From positions 15,376,001 through 15,440,000 of the forward strand of contig CAIIXF020000001.1 of assembly GCA_903813345.2 (NCBI GenBank): DNA of 64,000 nt, read 5' to 3'. Source of the stretch: Owenia fusiformis. Its lineage: Eukaryota. The position numbers were made by a program, and so were the translations under genes. This document shows, in pieces, positions 13,501 through 28,500 of the stretch (the first letter of the stretch is position 1; each line of letters opens with the position of its first letter). The notes under the pieces are model-generated. The model had not been told where the DNA came from, did not search any database, and was given only the letters and a program-made list of their open reading frames with translations.

Positions 13501-16500
13501 TACTAGTCAATGGGCAAAAGGGCAAACGCCTGACTTTTTATCTCGAGTTATGGATTTATGTGGCCTCACTGGCCTATCTGAGGTTCTAAAGCTATGTCTA
13601 AGCTACATCTTGACACTAAACTCGATAGGGGCCAATCATCTACTTTTTGAAATAATTGGTCAATTGTGACACTACCCCCTCTCTCTGCAGACACAAATTG
13701 AAATTCACAAAAATGAAGGCAAAATTAATACGCCACTTGACTCGAAATTTTCCTTCAGATAACCCAAATAAACGCATTTTCAGAAGAAATGGCATGTTGC
13801 CATTGCAAAAAGATTACAACTGTGCCTACATACTAGCTTACTGACTCGTCATGATCACATTTGTGTTGGGCCTACATTTATTTTTGAATACTACTTTTTT
13901 CTATTCAGCGGAAGTGACGTATTAGGGCATTTTGGCCTAATAGCCACATGGTTGGATGATTTCTGGCTTTAAATTGCGTTTTTCCAATTTACTAGAGTTT
14001 TTCAAGTAGTTTTGTGCAGTTTAAGAATATTCTGACAGCAATTATGAAAAATATGGCTACTTCATTACCCCTGGGGTCATTTTTCCAAGAACCCAATGGT
14101 TTTCCTTTAAATTTGACTAGTTTTTCATTTACATCATGAAATCCACTGCCTGATGGTGACATTTTTCAGTATCGTGTCAAGAATTTGAGTATTTTATTGC
14201 ATATTGCAATTTTTAGCCAAATCACTGAACCGTGAACCAGAAAATTGGACAAATTTGACCCACTTTTTGGCAAAATCTTACTAAAATCATCACTTTTTCA
14301 TACTTTATTCCATTCAACAACCTCCTGATTTGAAAAATGATGACAAATTTGATCAGTTTTGACTCTGGCCTAGAGAATTGGGACTTTTGAGATATTTTTA
14401 GCTCGAATGTAGTCATTCAGAGTGAACAAATACATCAAAAATTGACACTTAACTCACCAATTTCTGACTGCACCCCCGATATGTACCTTCTTTCTATACT
14501 GGAAACCATAAGATGGGAAATTCAATCTTTATGATGAATAGCAACTCGTTGGCTTCCCCATTTACGACAACAAATGACATTTAGGGGTCACTAAGGACAA
14601 AATTGTAGCCAAATATCGTCAAAATCAAGGGTTTTTGGGGTAAAAAGCGAAAACTGATGATTCAGCAAAAACATTAAATTTGTTCATGAAAATTCCCCTT
14701 TTTGCCTCCGTCCAAAATATGTTTCACACTAATAAACTTCAATTCTGGTTGATTCTGAGTAGTTTTAAAAAATTTTGGTCACTTTCACATGTGACTAATA
14801 GGCAAAACTGCCCTAATTCACGTCACCATACTAGTCAATGGGCAAAAGGGCAAACGCCTGACTTTTTATCTCGAGTTATGGATTTATGTGGCCTCACTGG
14901 CCTATCTGAGGTTCTAAAGCTATGTCTAAGCTACATCTTGACACTAAACTCGATAGGGGCCAATCATCTACTTTTTGAAATAATTGGTCAATTGTGACAC
15001 TACCCCCTCTCTCTGCAGACACAAATTGAAATTCACAAAAATGAAGGCAAAATTAATACGCCACTTGACTCGAAATTTTCCTTCAGATAACCCAAATAAA
15101 CGCATTTTCAGAAGAAATGGCATGTTGCCATTGCAAAAAGATTACAACTGTGCCTACATACTAGCTTACTGACTCGTCATGATCACATTTGTGTTGGGCC
15201 TACATTTATTTTTGAATACTACTTTTTTCTATTCAGCGGAAGTGACGTATTAGGGCATTTTGGCCTAATAGCCACATGGTTGGATGATTTCTGGCTTTAA
15301 ATTGCGTTTTTTCCAATTTACTAGAGTTTTTCAAGTAGTTTTGTGCAGTTTAAGAATATTCTGACAGCAATTATGAAAAATATGGCTACTTCATTACCCC
15401 TGGGGTCATTTTTCCAAGAACCCAATGGTTTTCCTTTAAATTTGACTAGTTTTTCATTTACATCATGAAATCCACTGCCTGATGGTGACATTTTTCAGTA
15501 TCGTGTCAAGAATTTGAGTATTTTATTGCATATTGCAATTTTTAGCCAAATCACTGAACCGTGAACCAGAAAATTGGACAAATTTGACCCACTTTTTGGC
15601 AAAATCTTACTAAAATCATCACTTTTTCATACTTTATTCCATTCAACAACCTCCTGATTTGAAAAATGATGACAAATTTGATCAGTTTTGACTCTGGCCT
15701 AGAGAATTGGGACTTTTGAGATATTTTTAGCTCGAATGTAGTCATTCAGAGTGAACAAATACATCAAAAATTGACACTTAACTCACCAATTTCTGACTGC
15801 ACCCCCGATATGTACCTTCTTTCTATACTGGAAACCATAAGATGGGAAATTCAATCTTTATGATGAATAGCAACTCGTTGGCTTCCCCATTTACGACAAC
15901 AAATGACATTTAGGGGTCACTAAGGACAAAATTGTAGCCAAATATCGTCAAAATCAAGGGTTTTTGGGGTAAAAAGCGAAAACTGATGATTCAGCAAAAA
16001 CATTAAATTTGTTCATGAAAATTCCCCTTTTTGCCTCCGTCCAAAATATGTTTCACACTAATAAACTTCAATTCTGGTTGATTCTGAGTAGTTTTAAAAA
16101 ATTTTGGTCACTTTCACATGTGACTAATAGCCACATGGTTGGATGATTTCTGGCTTTAAATTGCGTTTTTCCAATTTACTAGAGTTTTTCAAGTAGTTTT
16201 GTGCAGTTTAAGAATATTCTGACAGCAATTATGAAAAATATGGCTACTTCATTACCCCTGGGGTCATTTTTCCAAGAACCCAATGGTTTTCCTTTAAATT
16301 TGACTAGTTTTTCATTTACATCATGAAATCCACTGCCTGATGGTGACATTTTTCAGTATCGTGTCAAGAATTTGAGTATTTTATTGCATATTGCAATTTT
16401 TAGCCAAATCACTGAACCGTGAACCAGAAAATTGGACAAATTTGACCCACTTTTTGGCAAAATCTTACTAAAATCATCACTTTTTCATACTTTATTCCAT

Positions 16501-19500
16501 TCAACAACCTCCTGATTTGAAAAATGATGACAAATTTGATCAGTTTTGACTCTGGCCTAGAGAATTGGGACTTTTGAGATATTTTTAGCTCGAATGTAGT
16601 CATTCAGAGTGAACAAATACATCAAAAATTGACACTTAACTCACCAATTTCTGACTGCACCCCCGATATGTACCTTCTTTCTATACTGGAAACCATAAGA
16701 TGGGAAATTCAATCTTTATGATGAATAGCAACTCGTTGGCTTCCCCATTTACGACAACAAATGACATTTAGGGGTCACTAAGGACAAAATTGTAGCCAAA
16801 TATCGTCAAAATCAAGGGTTTTTGGGGTAAAAAGCGAAAACTGATGATTCAGCAAAAACATTAAATTTGTTCATGAAAATTCCCCTTTTTGCCTCCGTCC
16901 AAAATATGTTTCACACTAATAAACTTCAATTCTGGTTGATTCTGAGTAGTTTTAAAAAATTTTGGTCACTTTCACATGTGACTAATAGGCAAAACTGCCC
17001 TAATTCACGTCACCATACTAGTCAATGGGCAAAAGGGCAAACGCCTGACTTTTTATCTCGAGTTATGGATTTATGTGGCCTCACTGGCCTATCTGAGGTT
17101 CTAAAGCTATGTCTAAGCTACATCTTGACACTAAACTCGATAGGGGCCAATCATCTACTTTTTGAAATAATTGGTCAATTGTGACACTACCCCCTCTCTC
17201 TGCAGACACAAATTGAAATTCACAAAAATGAAGGCAAAATTAATACGCCACTTGACTCGAAATTTTCCTTCAGATAACCCAAATAAACGCATTTTCAGAA
17301 GAAATGGCATGTTGCCATTGCAAAAAGATTACAACTGTGCCTACATACTAGCTTACTGACTCGTCATGATCACATTTGTGTTGGGCCTACATTTATTTTT
17401 GAATACTACTTTTTTCTATTCAGCGGAAGTGACGTATTAGGGCATTTTGGCCTAATAGCCACATGGTTGGATGATTTCTGGCTTTAAATTGCGTTTTTCC
17501 AATTTACTAGAGTTTTTCAAGTAGTTTTGTGCAGTTTAAGAATATTCTGACAGCAATTATGAAAAATATGGCTACTTCATTACCCCTGGGGTCATTTTTC
17601 CAAGAACCCAATGGTTTTCCTTTAAATTTGACTAGTTTTTCATTTACATCATGAAATCCACTGCCTGATGGTGACATTTTTCAGTATCGTGTCAAGAATT
17701 TGAGTATTTTATTGCATATTGCAATTTTTAGCCAAATCACTGAACCGTGAACCAGAAAATTGGACAAATTTGACCCACTTTTTGGCAAAATCTTACTAAA
17801 ATCATCACTTTTTCATACTTTATTCCATTCAACAACCTCCTGATTTGAAAAATGATGACAAATTTGATCAGTTTTGACTCTGGCCTAGAGAATTGGGACT
17901 TTTGAGATATTTTTAGCTCGAATGTAGTCATTCAGAGTGAACAAATACATCAAAAATTGACACTTAACTCACCAATTTCTGACTGCACCCCCGATATGTA
18001 CCTTCTTTCTATACTGGAAACCATAAGATGGGAAATTCAATCTTTATGATGAATAGCAACTCGTTGGCTTCCCCATTTACGACAACAAATGACATTTAGG
18101 GGTCACTAAGGACAAAATTGTAGCCAAATATCGTCAAAATCAAGGGTTTTTGGGGTAAAAAGCGAAAACTGATGATTCAGCAAAAACATTAAATTTGTTC
18201 ATGAAAATTCCCCTTTTTGCCTCCGTCCAAAATATGTTTCACACTAATAAACTTCAATTCTGGTTGATTCTGAGTAGTTTTAAAAAATTTTGGTCACTTT
18301 CACATGTGACTAATAGGCAAAACTGCCCTAATTCACGTCACCATACTAGTCAATGGGCAAAAGGGCAAACGCCTGACTTTTTATCTCGAGTTATGGATTT
18401 ATGTGGCCTCACTGGCCTATCTGAGGTTCTAAAGCTATGTCTAAGCTACATCTTGACACTAAACTCGATAGGGGCCAATCATCTACTTTTTGAAATAATT
18501 GGTCAATTGTGACACTACCCCCTCTCTCTGCAGACACAAATTGAAATTCACAAAAATGAAGGCAAAATTAATACGCCACTTGACTCGAAATTTTCCTTCA
18601 GATAACCCAAATAAACGCATTTTCAGAAGAAATGGCATGTTGCCATTGCAAAAAGATTACAACTGTGCCTACATACTAGCTTACTGACTCGTCATGATCA
18701 CATTTGTGTTGGGCCTACATTTATTTTTGAATACTACTTTTTTCTATTCAGCGGAAGTGACGTATTAGGGCATTTTGGCCTAATAGCCACATGGTTGGAT
18801 GATTTCTGGCTTTAAATTGCGTTTTTCCAATTTACTAGAGTTTTTCAAGTAGTTTTGTGCAGTTTAAGAATATTCTGACAGCAATTATGAAAAATATGGC
18901 TACTTCATTACCCCTGGGGTCATTTTTCCAAGAACCCAATGGTTTTCCTTTAAATTTGACTAGTTTTTCATTTACATCATGAAATCCACTGCCTGATGGT
19001 GACATTTTTCAGTATCGTGTCAAGAATTTGAGTATTTTATTGCATATTGCAATTTTTAGCCAAATCACTGAACCGTGAACCAGAAAATTGGACAAATTTG
19101 ACCCACTTTTTGGCAAAATCTTACTAAAATCATCACTTTTTCATACTTTATTCCATTCAACAACCTCCTGATTTGAAAAATGATGACAAATTTGATCAGT
19201 TTTGACTCTGGCCTAGAGAATTGGGACTTTTGAGATATTTTTAGCTCGAATGTAGTCATTCAGAGTGAACAAATACATCAAAAATTGACACTTAACTCAC
19301 CAATTTCTGACTGCACCCCCGATATGTACCTTCTTTCTATACTGGAAACCATAAGATGGGAAATTCAATCTTTATGATGAATAGCAACTCGTTGGCTTCC
19401 CCATTTACGACAACAAATGACATTTAGGGGTCACTAAGGACAAAATTGTAGCCAAATATCGTCAAAATCAAGGGTTTTTGGGGTAAAAAGCGAAAACTGA

Positions 19501-22500
19501 TGATTCAGCAAAAACATTAAATTTGTTCATGAAAATTCCCCTTTTTGCCTCCGTCCAAAATATGTTTCACACTAATAAACTTCAATTCTGGTTGATTCTG
19601 AGTAGTTTTAAAAAATTTTGGTCACTTTCACATGTGACTAATAGCCACATGGTTGGATGATTTCTGGCTTTAAATTGCGTTTTTCCAATTTACTAGAGTT
19701 TTTCAAGTAGTTTTGTGCAGTTTAAGAATATTCTGACAGCAATTATGAAAAATATGGCTACTTCATTACCCCTGGGGTCATTTTTCCAAGAACCCAATGG
19801 TTTTCCTTTAAATTTGACTAGTTTTTCATTTACATCATGAAATCCACTGCCTGATGGTGACATTTTTCAGTATCGTGTCAAGAATTTGAGTATTTTATTG
19901 CATATTGCAATTTTTAGCCAAATCACTGAACCGTGAACCAGAAAATTGGACAAATTTGACCCACTTTTTGGCAAAATCTTACTAAAATCATCACTTTTTC
20001 ATACTTTATTCCATTCAACAACCTCCTGATTTGAAAAATGATGACAAATTTGATCAGTTTTGACTCTGGCCTAGAGAATTGGGACTTTTGAGATATTTTT
20101 AGCTCGAATGTAGTCATTCAGAGTGAACAAATACATCAAAAATTGACACTTAACTCACCAATTTCTGACTGCACCCCCGATATGTACCTTCTTTCTATAC
20201 TGGAAACCATAAGATGGGAAATTCAATCTTTATGATGAATAGCAACTCGTTGGCTTCCCCATTTACGACAACAAATGACATTTAGGGGTCACTAAGGACA
20301 AAATTGTAGCCAAATATCGTCAAAATCAAGGGTTTTTGGGGTAAAAAGCGAAAACTGATGATTCAGCAAAAACATTAAATTTGTTCATGAAAATTCCCCT
20401 TTTTGCCTCCGTCCAAAATATGTTTCACACTAATAAACTTCAATTCTGGTTGATTCTGAGTAGTTTTAAAAAATTTTGGTCACTTTCACATGTGACTAAT
20501 AGGCAAAACTGCCCTAATTCACGTCACCATACTAGTCAATGGGCAAAAGGGCAAACGCCTGACTTTTTATCTCGAGTTATGGATTTATGTGGCCTCACTG
20601 GCCTATCTGAGGTTCTAAAGCTATGTCTAAGCTACATCTTGACACTAAACTCGATAGGGGCCAATCATCTACTTTTTGAAATAATTGGTCAATTGTGACA
20701 CTACCCCCTCTCTCTGCAGACACAAATTGAAATTCACAAAAATGAAGGCAAAATTAATACGCCACTTGACTCGAAATTTTCCTTCAGATAACCCAAATAA
20801 ACGCATTTTCAGAAGAAATGGCATGTTGCCATTGCAAAAAGATTACAACTGTGCCTACATACTAGCTTACTGACTCGTCATGATCACATTTGTGTTGGGC
20901 CTACATTTATTTTTGAATACTACTTTTTTCTATTCAGCGGAAGTGACGTATTAGGGCATTTTGGCCTAATAGCCACATGGTTGGATGATTTCTGGCTTTA
21001 AATTGCGTTTTTCCAATTTACTAGAGTTTTTCAAGTAGTTTTGTGCAGTTTAAGAATATTCTGACAGCAATTATGAAAAATATGGCTACTTCATTACCCC
21101 TGGGGTCATTTTTCCAAGAACCCAATGGTTTTCCTTTAAATTTGACTAGTTTTTCATTTACATCATGAAATCCACTGCCTGATGGTGACATTTTTCAGTA
21201 TCGTGTCAAGAATTTGAGTATTTTATTGCATATTGCAATTTTTAGCCAAATCACTGAACCGTGAACCAGAAAATTGGACAAATTTGACCCACTTTTTGGC
21301 AAAATCTTACTAAAATCATCACTTTTTCATACTTTATTCCATTCAACAACCTCCTGATTTGAAAAATGATGACAAATTTGATCAGTTTTGACTCTGGCCT
21401 AGAGAATTGGGACTTTTGAGATATTTTTAGCTCGAATGTAGTCATTCAGAGTGAACAAATACATCAAAAATTGACACTTAACTCACCAATTTCTGACTGC
21501 ACCCCCGATATGTACCTTCTTTCTATACTGGAAACCATAAGATGGGAAATTCAATCTTTATGATGAATAGCAACTCGTTGGCTTCCCCATTTACGACAAC
21601 AAATGACATTTAGGGGTCACTAAGGACAAAATTGTAGCCAAATATCGTCAAAATCAAGGGTTTTTGGGGTAAAAAGCGAAAACTGATGATTCAGCAAAAA
21701 CATTAAATTTGTTCATGAAAATTCCCCTTTTTGCCTCCGTCCAAAATATGTTTCACACTAATAAACTTCAATTCTGGTTGATTCTGAGTAGTTTTAAAAA
21801 ATTTTGGTCACTTTCACATGTGACTAATAGGCAAAACTGCCCTAATTCACGTCACCATACTAGTCAATGGGCAAAAGGGCAAACGCCTGACTTTTTATCT
21901 CGAGTTATGGATTTATGTGGCCTCACTGGCCTATCTGAGGTTCTAAAGCTATGTCTAAGCTACATCTTGACACTAAACTCGATAGGGGCCAATCATCTAC
22001 TTTTTGAAATAATTGGTCAATTGTGACACTACCCCCTCTCTCTGCAGACACAAATTGAAATTCACAAAAATGAAGGCAAAATTAATACGCCACTTGACTC
22101 GAAATTTTCCTTCAGATAACCCAAATAAACGCATTTTCAGAAGAAATGGCATGTTGCCATTGCAAAAAGATTACAACTGTGCCTACATACTAGCTTACTG
22201 ACTCGTCATGATCACATTTGTGTTGGGCCTACATTTATTTTTGAATACTACTTTTTTCTATTCAGCGGAAGTGACGTATTAGGGCATTTTGGCCTAATAG
22301 CCACATGGTTGGATGATTTCTGGCTTTAAATTGCGTTTTTCCAATTTACTAGAGTTTTTCAAGTAGTTTTGTGCAGTTTAAGAATATTCTGACAGCAATT
22401 ATGAAAAATATGGCTACTTCATTACCCCTGGGGTCATTTTTCCAAGAACCCAATGGTTTTCCTTTAAATTTGACTAGTTTTTCATTTACATCATGAAATC

Positions 22501-25500
22501 CACTGCCTGATGGTGACATTTTTCAGTATCGTGTCAAGAATTTGAGTATTTTATTGCATATTGCAATTTTTAGCCAAATCACTGAACCGTGAACCAGAAA
22601 ATTGGACAAATTTGACCCACTTTTTGGCAAAATCTTACTAAAATCATCACTTTTTCATACTTTATTCCATTCAACAACCTCCTGATTTGAAAAATGATGA
22701 CAAATTTGATCAGTTTTGACTCTGGCCTAGAGAATTGGGACTTTTGAGATATTTTTAGCTCGAATGTAGTCATTCAGAGTGAACAAATACATCAAAAATT
22801 GACACTTAACTCACCAATTTCTGACTGCACCCCCGATATGTACCTTCTTTCTATACTGGAAACCATAAGATGGGAAATTCAATCTTTATGATGAATAGCA
22901 ACTCGTTGGCTTCCCCATTTACGACAACAAATGACATTTAGGGGTCACTAAGGACAAAATTGTAGCCAAATATCGTCAAAATCAAGGGTTTTTGGGGTAA
23001 AAAGCGAAAACTGATGATTCAGCAAAAACATTAAATTTGTTCATGAAAATTCCCCTTTTTGCCTCCGTCCAAAATATGTTTCACACTAATAAACTTCAAT
23101 TCTGGTTGATTCTGAGTAGTTTTAAAAAATTTTGGTCACTTTCACATGTGACTAATAGCCACATGGTTGGATGATTTCTGGCTTTAAATTGCGTTTTTCC
23201 AATTTACTAGAGTTTTTCAAGTAGTTTTGTGCAGTTTAAGAATATTCTGACAGCAATTATGAAAAATATGGCTACTTCATTACCCCTGGGGTCATTTTTC
23301 CAAGAACCCAATGGTTTTCCTTTAAATTTGACTAGTTTTTCATTTACATCATGAAATCCACTGCCTGATGGTGACATTTTTCAGTATCGTGTCAAGAATT
23401 TGAGTATTTTATTGCATATTGCAATTTTTAGCCAAATCACTGAACCGTGAACCAGAAAATTGGACAAATTTGACCCACTTTTTGGCAAAATCTTACTAAA
23501 ATCATCACTTTTTCATACTTTATTCCATTCAACAACCTCCTGATTTGAAAAATGATGACAAATTTGATCAGTTTTGACTCTGGCCTAGAGAATTGGGACT
23601 TTTGAGATATTTTTAGCTCGAATGTAGTCATTCAGAGTGAACAAATACATCAAAAATTGACACTTAACTCACCAATTTCTGACTGCACCCCCGATATGTA
23701 CCTTCTTTCTATACTGGAAACCATAAGATGGGAAATTCAATCTTTATGATGAATAGCAACTCGTTGGCTTCCCCATTTACGACAACAAATGACATTTAGG
23801 GGTCACTAAGGACAAAATTGTAGCCAAATATCGTCAAAATCAAGGGTTTTTGGGGTAAAAAGCGAAAACTGATGATTCAGCAAAAACATTAAATTTGTTC
23901 ATGAAAATTCCCCTTTTTGCCTCCGTCCAAAATATGTTTCACACTAATAAACTTCAATTCTGGTTGATTCTGAGTAGTTTTAAAAAATTTTGGTCACTTT
24001 CACATGTGACTAATAGGCAAAACTGCCCTAATTCACGTCACCATACTAGTCAATGGGCAAAAGGGCAAACGCCTGACTTTTTATCTCGAGTTATGGATTT
24101 ATGTGGCCTCACTGGCCTATCTGAGGTTCTAAAGCTATGTCTAAGCTACATCTTGACACTAAACTCGATAGGGGCCAATCATCTACTTTTTGAAATAATT
24201 GGTCAATTGTGACACTACCCCCTCTCTCTGCAGACACAAATTGAAATTCACAAAAATGAAGGCAAAATTAATACGCCACTTGACTCGAAATTTTCCTTCA
24301 GATAACCCAAATAAACGCATTTTCAGAAGAAATGGCATGTTGCCATTGCAAAAAGATTACAACTGTGCCTACATACTAGCTTACTGACTCGTCATGATCA
24401 CATTTGTGTTGGGCCTACATTTATTTTTGAATACTACTTTTTTCTATTCAGCGGAAGTGACGTATTAGGGCATTTTGGCCTAATAGCCACATGGTTGGAT
24501 GATTTCTGGCTTTAAATTGCGTTTTTCCAATTTACTAGAGTTTTTCAAGTAGTTTTGTGCAGTTTAAGAATATTCTGACAGCAATTATGAAAAATATGGC
24601 TACTTCATTACCCCTGGGGTCATTTTTCCAAGAACCCAATGGTTTTCCTTTAAATTTGACTAGTTTTTCATTTACATCATGAAATCCACTGCCTGATGGT
24701 GACATTTTTCAGTATCGTGTCAAGAATTTGAGTATTTTATTGCATATTGCAATTTTTAGCCAAATCACTGAACCGTGAACCAGAAAATTGGACAAATTTG
24801 ACCCACTTTTTGGCAAAATCTTACTAAAATCATCACTTTTTCATACTTTATTCCATTCAACAACCTCCTGATTTGAAAAATGATGACAAATTTGATCAGT
24901 TTTGACTCTGGCCTAGAGAATTGGGACTTTTGAGATATTTTTAGCTCGAATGTAGTCATTCAGAGTGAACAAATACATCAAAAATTGACACTTAACTCAC
25001 CAATTTCTGACTGCACCCCCGATATGTACCTTCTTTCTATACTGGAAACCATAAGATGGGAAATTCAATCTTTATGATGAATAGCAACTCGTTGGCTTCC
25101 CCATTTACGACAACAAATGACATTTAGGGGTCACTAAGGACAAAATTGTAGCCAAATATCGTCAAAATCAAGGGTTTTTGGGGTAAAAAGCGAAAACTGA
25201 TGATTCAGCAAAAACATTAAATTTGTTCATGAAAATTCCCCTTTTTGCCTCCGTCCAAAATATGTTTCACACTAATAAACTTCAATTCTGGTTGATTCTG
25301 AGTAGTTTTAAAAAATTTTGGTCACTTTCACATGTGACTAATAGGCAAAACTGCCCTAATTCACGTCACCATACTAGTCAATGGGCAAAAGGGCAAACGC
25401 CTGACTTTTTATCTCGAGTTATGGATTTATGTGGCCTCACTGGCCTATCTGAGGTTCTAAAGCTATGTCTAAGCTACATCTTGACACTAAACTCGATAGG

Positions 25501-28500
25501 GGCCAATCATCTACTTTTTGAAATAATTGGTCAATTGTGACACTACCCCCTCTCTCTGCAGACACAAATTGAAATTCACAAAAATGAAGGCAAAATTAAT
25601 ACGCCACTTGACTCGAAATTTTCCTTCAGATAACCCAAATAAACGCATTTTCAGAAGAAATGGCATGTTGCCATTGCAAAAAGATTACAACTGTGCCTAC
25701 ATACTAGCTTACTGACTCGTCATGATCACATTTGTGTTGGGCCTACATTTATTTTTGAATACTACTTTTTTCTATTCAGCGGAAGTGACGTATTAGGGCA
25801 TTTTGGCCTAATAGCCACATGGTTGGATGATTTCTGGCTTTAAATTGCGTTTTTCCAATTTACTAGAGTTTTTCAAGTAGTTTTGTGCAGTTTAAGAATA
25901 TTCTGACAGCAATTATGAAAAATATGGCTACTTCATTACCCCTGGGGTCATTTTTCCAAGAACCCAATGGTTTTCCTTTAAATTTGACTAGTTTTTCATT
26001 TACATCATGAAATCCACTGCCTGATGGTGACATTTTTCAGTATCGTGTCAAGAATTTGAGTATTTTATTGCATATTGCAATTTTTAGCCAAATCACTGAA
26101 CCGTGAACCAGAAAATTGGACAAATTTGACCCACTTTTTGGCAAAATCTTACTAAAATCATCACTTTTTCATACTTTATTCCATTCAACAACCTCCTGAT
26201 TTGAAAAATGATGACAAATTTGATCAGTTTTGACTCTGGCCTAGAGAATTGGGACTTTTGAGATATTTTTAGCTCGAATGTAGTCATTCAGAGTGAACAA
26301 ATACATCAAAAATTGACACTTAACTCACCAATTTCTGACTGCACCCCCGATATGTACCTTCTTTCTATACTGGAAACCATAAGATGGGAAATTCAATCTT
26401 TATGATGAATAGCAACTCGTTGGCTTCCCCATTTACGACAACAAATGACATTTAGGGGTCACTAAGGACAAAATTGTAGCCAAATATCGTCAAAATCAAG
26501 GGTTTTTGGGGTAAAAAGCGAAAACTGATGATTCAGCAAAAACATTAAATTTGTTCATGAAAATTCCCCTTTTTGCCTCCGTCCAAAATATGTTTCACAC
26601 TAATAAACTTCAATTCTGGTTGATTCTGAGTAGTTTTAAAAAATTTTGGTCACTTTCACATGTGACTAATAGGCAAAACTGCCCTAATTCACGTCACCAT
26701 ACTAGTCAATGGGCAAAAGGGCAAACGCCTGACTTTTTATCTCGAGTTATGGATTTATGTGGCCTCACTGGCCTATCTGAGGTTCTAAAGCTATGTCTAA
26801 GCTACATCTTGACACTAAACTCGATAGGGGCCAATCATCTACTTTTTGAAATAATTGGTCAATTGTGACACTACCCCCTCTCTCTGCAGACACAAATTGA
26901 AATTCACAAAAATGAAGGCAAAATTAATACGCCACTTGACTCGAAATTTTCCTTCAGATAACCCAAATAAACGCATTTTCAGAAGAAATGGCATGTTGCC
27001 ATTGCAAAAAGATTACAACTGTGCCTACATACTAGCTTACTGACTCGTCATGATCACATTTGTGTTGGGCCTACATTTATTTTTGAATACTACTTTTTTC
27101 TATTCAGCGGAAGTGACGTATTAGGGCATTTTGGCCTAATAGCCACATGGTTGGATGATTTCTGGCTTTAAATTGCGTTTTTCCAATTTACTAGAGTTTT
27201 TCAAGTAGTTTTGTGCAGTTTAAGAATATTCTGACAGCAATTATGAAAAATATGGCTACTTCATTACCCCTGGGGTCATTTTTCCAAGAACCCAATGGTT
27301 TTCCTTTAAATTTGACTAGTTTTTCATTTACATCATGAAATCCACTGCCTGATGGTGACATTTTTCAGTATCGTGTCAAGAATTTGAGTATTTTATTGCA
27401 TATTGCAATTTTTAGCCAAATCACTGAACCGTGAACCAGAAAATTGGACAAATTTGACCCACTTTTTGGCAAAATCTTACTAAAATCATCACTTTTTCAT
27501 ACTTTATTCCATTCAACAACCTCCTGATTTGAAAAATGATGACAAATTTGATCAGTTTTGACTCTGGCCTAGAGAATTGGGACTTTTGAGATATTTTTAG
27601 CTCGAATGTAGTCATTCAGAGTGAACAAATACATCAAAAATTGACACTTAACTCACCAATTTCTGACTGCACCCCCGATATGTACCTTCTTTCTATACTG
27701 GAAACCATAAGATGGGAAATTCAATCTTTATGATGAATAGCAACTCGTTGGCTTCCCCATTTACGACAACAAATGACATTTAGGGGTCACTAAGGACAAA
27801 ATTGTAGCCAAATATCGTCAAAATCAAGGGTTTTTGGGGTAAAAAGCGAAAACTGATGATTCAGCAAAAACATTAAATTTGTTCATGAAAATTCCCCTTT
27901 TTGCCTCCGTCCAAAATATGTTTCACACTAATAAACTTCAATTCTGGTTGATTCTGAGTAGTTTTAAAAAATTTTGGTCACTTTCACATGTGACTAATAG
28001 GCAAAACTGCCCTAATTCACGTCACCATACTAGTCAATGGGCAAAAGGGCAAACGCCTGACTTTTTATCTCGAGTTATGGATTTATGTGGCCTCACTGGC
28101 CTATCTGAGGTTCTAAAGCTATGTCTAAGCTACATCTTGACACTAAACTCGATAGGGGCCAATCATCTACTTTTTGAAATAATTGGTCAATTGTGACACT
28201 ACCCCCTCTCTCTGCAGACACAAATTGAAATTCACAAAAATGAAGGCAAAATTAATACGCCACTTGACTCGAAATTTTCCTTCAGATAACCCAAATAAAC
28301 GCATTTTCAGAAGAAATGGCATGTTGCCATTGCAAAAAGATTACAACTGTGCCTACATACTAGCTTACTGACTCGTCATGATCACATTTGTGTTGGGCCT
28401 ACATTTATTTTTGAATACTACTTTTTTCTATTCAGCGGAAGTGACGTATTAGGGCATTTTGGCCTAATAGCCACATGGTTGGATGATTTCTGGCTTTAAA

